A stretch of 64,000 nucleotides of DNA from Bordetella parapertussis. Its GTDB lineage: Bacteria; Pseudomonadota; Gammaproteobacteria; Burkholderiales; SG8-39. Under the pieces are notes generated by a model, which saw only the letters and a program-made list of their open reading frames with translations, had not been told where the DNA came from and did not search any database. Location: positions 543-64,542 of the forward strand of contig CAMAXP010000008.1 in NCBI GenBank assembly GCA_945862265.1. Reading direction: 5' to 3'. Shown one piece after another: positions 62,413 to 64,000 of the stretch. Each line of letters begins with the position of its first letter. Position 1 is the first letter of the stretch. The translations under genes and the position numbers were made by a program.

Positions 62413-63233
62413 GCCGTGAATGCTTCGAGGTGTCGGTGGAGGGGAAGGTCGCGCACATTCGCCTGTCGCGCCCGGAGCGGCTGAACGTGATGACACTGGG
62501 GTTCTGGAAGGAAATCCCGGAGATCGCGCGGGAGCTCGATGCGCGCGGTGACGTGCGGGCGGCGGTGATCTCGTCGACGGGCAAGCACTTCACGGCGGGC
62601 ATGGACTTGTCGGTGTTCCAGGGCGCGGAGACCCTCGACACCGATTCCGTCGCGGCGCGCGGGCGGTTCCGACAGAAGTTGATCGAACTGCAGCAGAGCT
62701 TCAATGCGCTGGCGGAAGCGCGCTTCCCGGTGATCGCCGCGGTGCAGGGCGGATGCATAGGCGGCGGCGTGGACCTCGTGACGGCGTGCTGCCTGCGCTA
62801 TGCCACGCGCGATGCGTACTTCGTGATCCAGGAGATCAACATCGGCATGATGGCCGACGTGGGCACCTTCAATCGCATGCCGAAGCAGTTGCCCGAGGCG
62901 ATCGTGCGCGAGCTCGGCTACACGGGCGACAAGCTGGGTGCGGAGCGCGCCGAGCGCCTGGGCTTCGTGAACGGGATCTTCGACACGCACGAGGCGCTGG
63001 TGGGCGGCGCGTTGGGCGTGGCGAAAAAGATCGCGTCGAAAGCGCCTGTGGCGGTGGCCGCGACCAAGCAGATGATTTCGTTCACCCGCGACCATTCGGT
63101 GGGCGAGAGCTTCGAGTACATGAACGTGCTGCAGCCGGGCGTATTCAGCGTAGAGGACATCCGCCGCGCAGTCGGGGCGGCCAAGACCGGGCAACCGGCT
63201 GAGTTCGAAGACCTGCCACCGAAGCAGGCGTAG
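62409..63233 (+). CDS. Enoyl-CoA hydratase/isomerase (crotonase) family protein
   Basis: RPERLNVM...GKHFTAGMDL...AAVQGGCIGGGVDLV. ATGA overlap with the upstream gene. Confidence 0.85.
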   Translation: MSRECFEVSVEGKVAHIRLSRPERLNVMTLGFWKEIPEIARELDARGDVRAAVISSTGKHFTAGMDLSVFQGAETLDTDSVAARGRFRQKLIELQQSFNALAEARFPVIAAVQGGCIGGGVDLVTACCLRYATRDAYFVIQEINIGMMADVGTFNRMPKQLPEAIVRELGYTGDKLGAERAERLGFVNGIFDTHEALVGGALGVAKKIASKAPVAVAATKQMISFTRDHSVGESFEYMNVLQPGVFSVEDIRRAVGAAKTGQPAEFEDLPPKQA

Positions 63234-63261
63234 CAAGGCTTTACTCCCGGAGGAGGATCGC

Positions 63262-64000
63262 ATGCGCAGCACGATGATGCAGGTGCCGCTTTCACTCAAC
63301 CATCTGCTCGAGCGGGCGGGGACGCTGTTTCCGGAGTCCGAGATCGTCTCCCGGCTGCCGGACAAGTCGCTCAGGCGGCACACCTATGCCGAGTACTACG
63401 CCCGGACGCGACGGCTCGCCGCGGCCCTGCAGGCGTTGGGCCTTAAAAAGGGCGATCGCGTGGCGACGCTCTGCTGGAACCACCACGCGCACCTCGAGTG
63501 CTATTTCGGCATCCCCGCCGCGGGCGGGGTGATGCACACGCTGAACCTGCGCCTCGCGCCCGACGAGATCGGCTGGATCGCGGCTGACGGCGAGGATCGC
63601 ATCCTCATCGTCGACGACATCCTGCTGCCGCTGTACAGGCAGTTTGCGGACAAGCACGCCTTCGAGCGCGTGATCGTGTTCCCGTTCTCGGGCGCGCCGG
63701 TCCCTTCAGGGTTTGACGACTACGAGGCGCTGCTCGCCAAGGCGCCGGATACGTTCGAGTACGCCCCGCACGACGAGAACGATCCGGTGGCCATGTGCTA
63801 CACGAGTGGCACGACCGGGCGCCCCAAAGGCGTCGCCTATTCGCACCGGTCTACCGTGCTGCATACGCTGGTGGGCTGCCTGCCTGACCTCTGGTGCCTC
63901 GAGGGGACGGACGTGGTGCTGCCGGTCACGCCCATGTTCCATGCCAACTGCTGGGGCATGCCCTACGGCGCGGTGCTGCTCGGCTGCAAGCTGGTGTTTC
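63262..64000 (+). CDS. AMP-dependent acyl-CoA synthetase/ligase, N-terminal part (runs off the window)
   Basis: GGAGGAGG RBS. ...MCYTSGTTGRPKGVAYSHRS is the AMP-binding motif. Absent from the ORF track because the 3' end is open. Confidence 0.85.
   Translation, partial: MRSTMMQVPLSLNHLLERAGTLFPESEIVSRLPDKSLRRHTYAEYYARTRRLAAALQALGLKKGDRVATLCWNHHAHLECYFGIPAAGGVMHTLNLRLAPDEIGWIAADGEDRILIVDDILLPLYRQFADKHAFERVIVFPFSGAPVPSGFDDYEALLAKAPDTFEYAPHDENDPVAMCYTSGTTGRPKGVAYSHRSTVLHTLVGCLPDLWCLEGTDVVLPVTPMFHANCWGMPYGAVLLGCKLVF

Overview
High-G+C, densely coding chromosomal window. It looks betaproteobacterial (Burkholderiales/Comamonadaceae-like): several Bug/TctC binding proteins, flhDC-type flagellar regulation, and the hfq-hflXKC-hisZ-purA block. 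No rRNA, tRNA, CRISPR array, transposase or integrase was seen.

Layout:
- 1-5 kb: partial GT1 glycosyltransferase, D-aminoacylase, two abutting gene fragments, a CBS protein and a Tat-signal amidohydrolase.
- 5-13.7 kb: aroC, hfq, hflX, hflK, hflC, DUF2065, hisZ, purA and a Bug protein.
- 13.7-26.8 kb: flagellar/chemotaxis region (fliRQPON, fliM, fliE, ycgR, flhB-like, fliK-like, fliT, fliS, fliD, flaG, fliC, flhDC). It has been hollowed out by three multi-gene deletions, and all three junctions are in frame: fliF'-'fliM, motA'-'cheY and cheZ'-'fliA.
- 26.8-43.4 kb: ATP-grasp protein, pepN, tctCBA, an LVIVD-like protein, an MFS pump, queE-queD, and a 1889-aa tandem UvrA-UvrA gene carrying an in-frame palindromic MITE-like insertion.
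- 43.4-51.9 kb (most interesting): a strong promoter drives a 79-aa double-glycine-leader peptide. Its core is His/Gly/Ser repeats, a Pro8 run and a Gly/Thr tail, with no hydrophobic segment. An intra-operon terminator follows, then a TolC-like OMP, a CvaA/HlyD-like adaptor, a CvaB-like C39-peptidase ABC exporter fused in frame to a GT-B glycosyltransferase, a translationally coupled amidohydrolase, and dinB. I read this as a previously undescribed microcin-like or glycopeptide secretion system, possibly SOS-linked.
- 51.9-55.1 kb: lower-G+C islet with an orphan PD-(D/E)xK-like gene, a 5'-truncated MBL hydrolase, and a toxin-antitoxin islet with surplus antitoxins.
- 55.1-64 kb: DsrE-like and ankyrin proteins, a Bug protein, ettA, a second MITE copy, a BASS transporter, a second D-aminoacylase, a 68-bp perfect palindrome, GlcG, a crotonase and a partial acyl-CoA ligase.

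All homology statements rest on reading the translations and on recalled family motifs. No searches were run.
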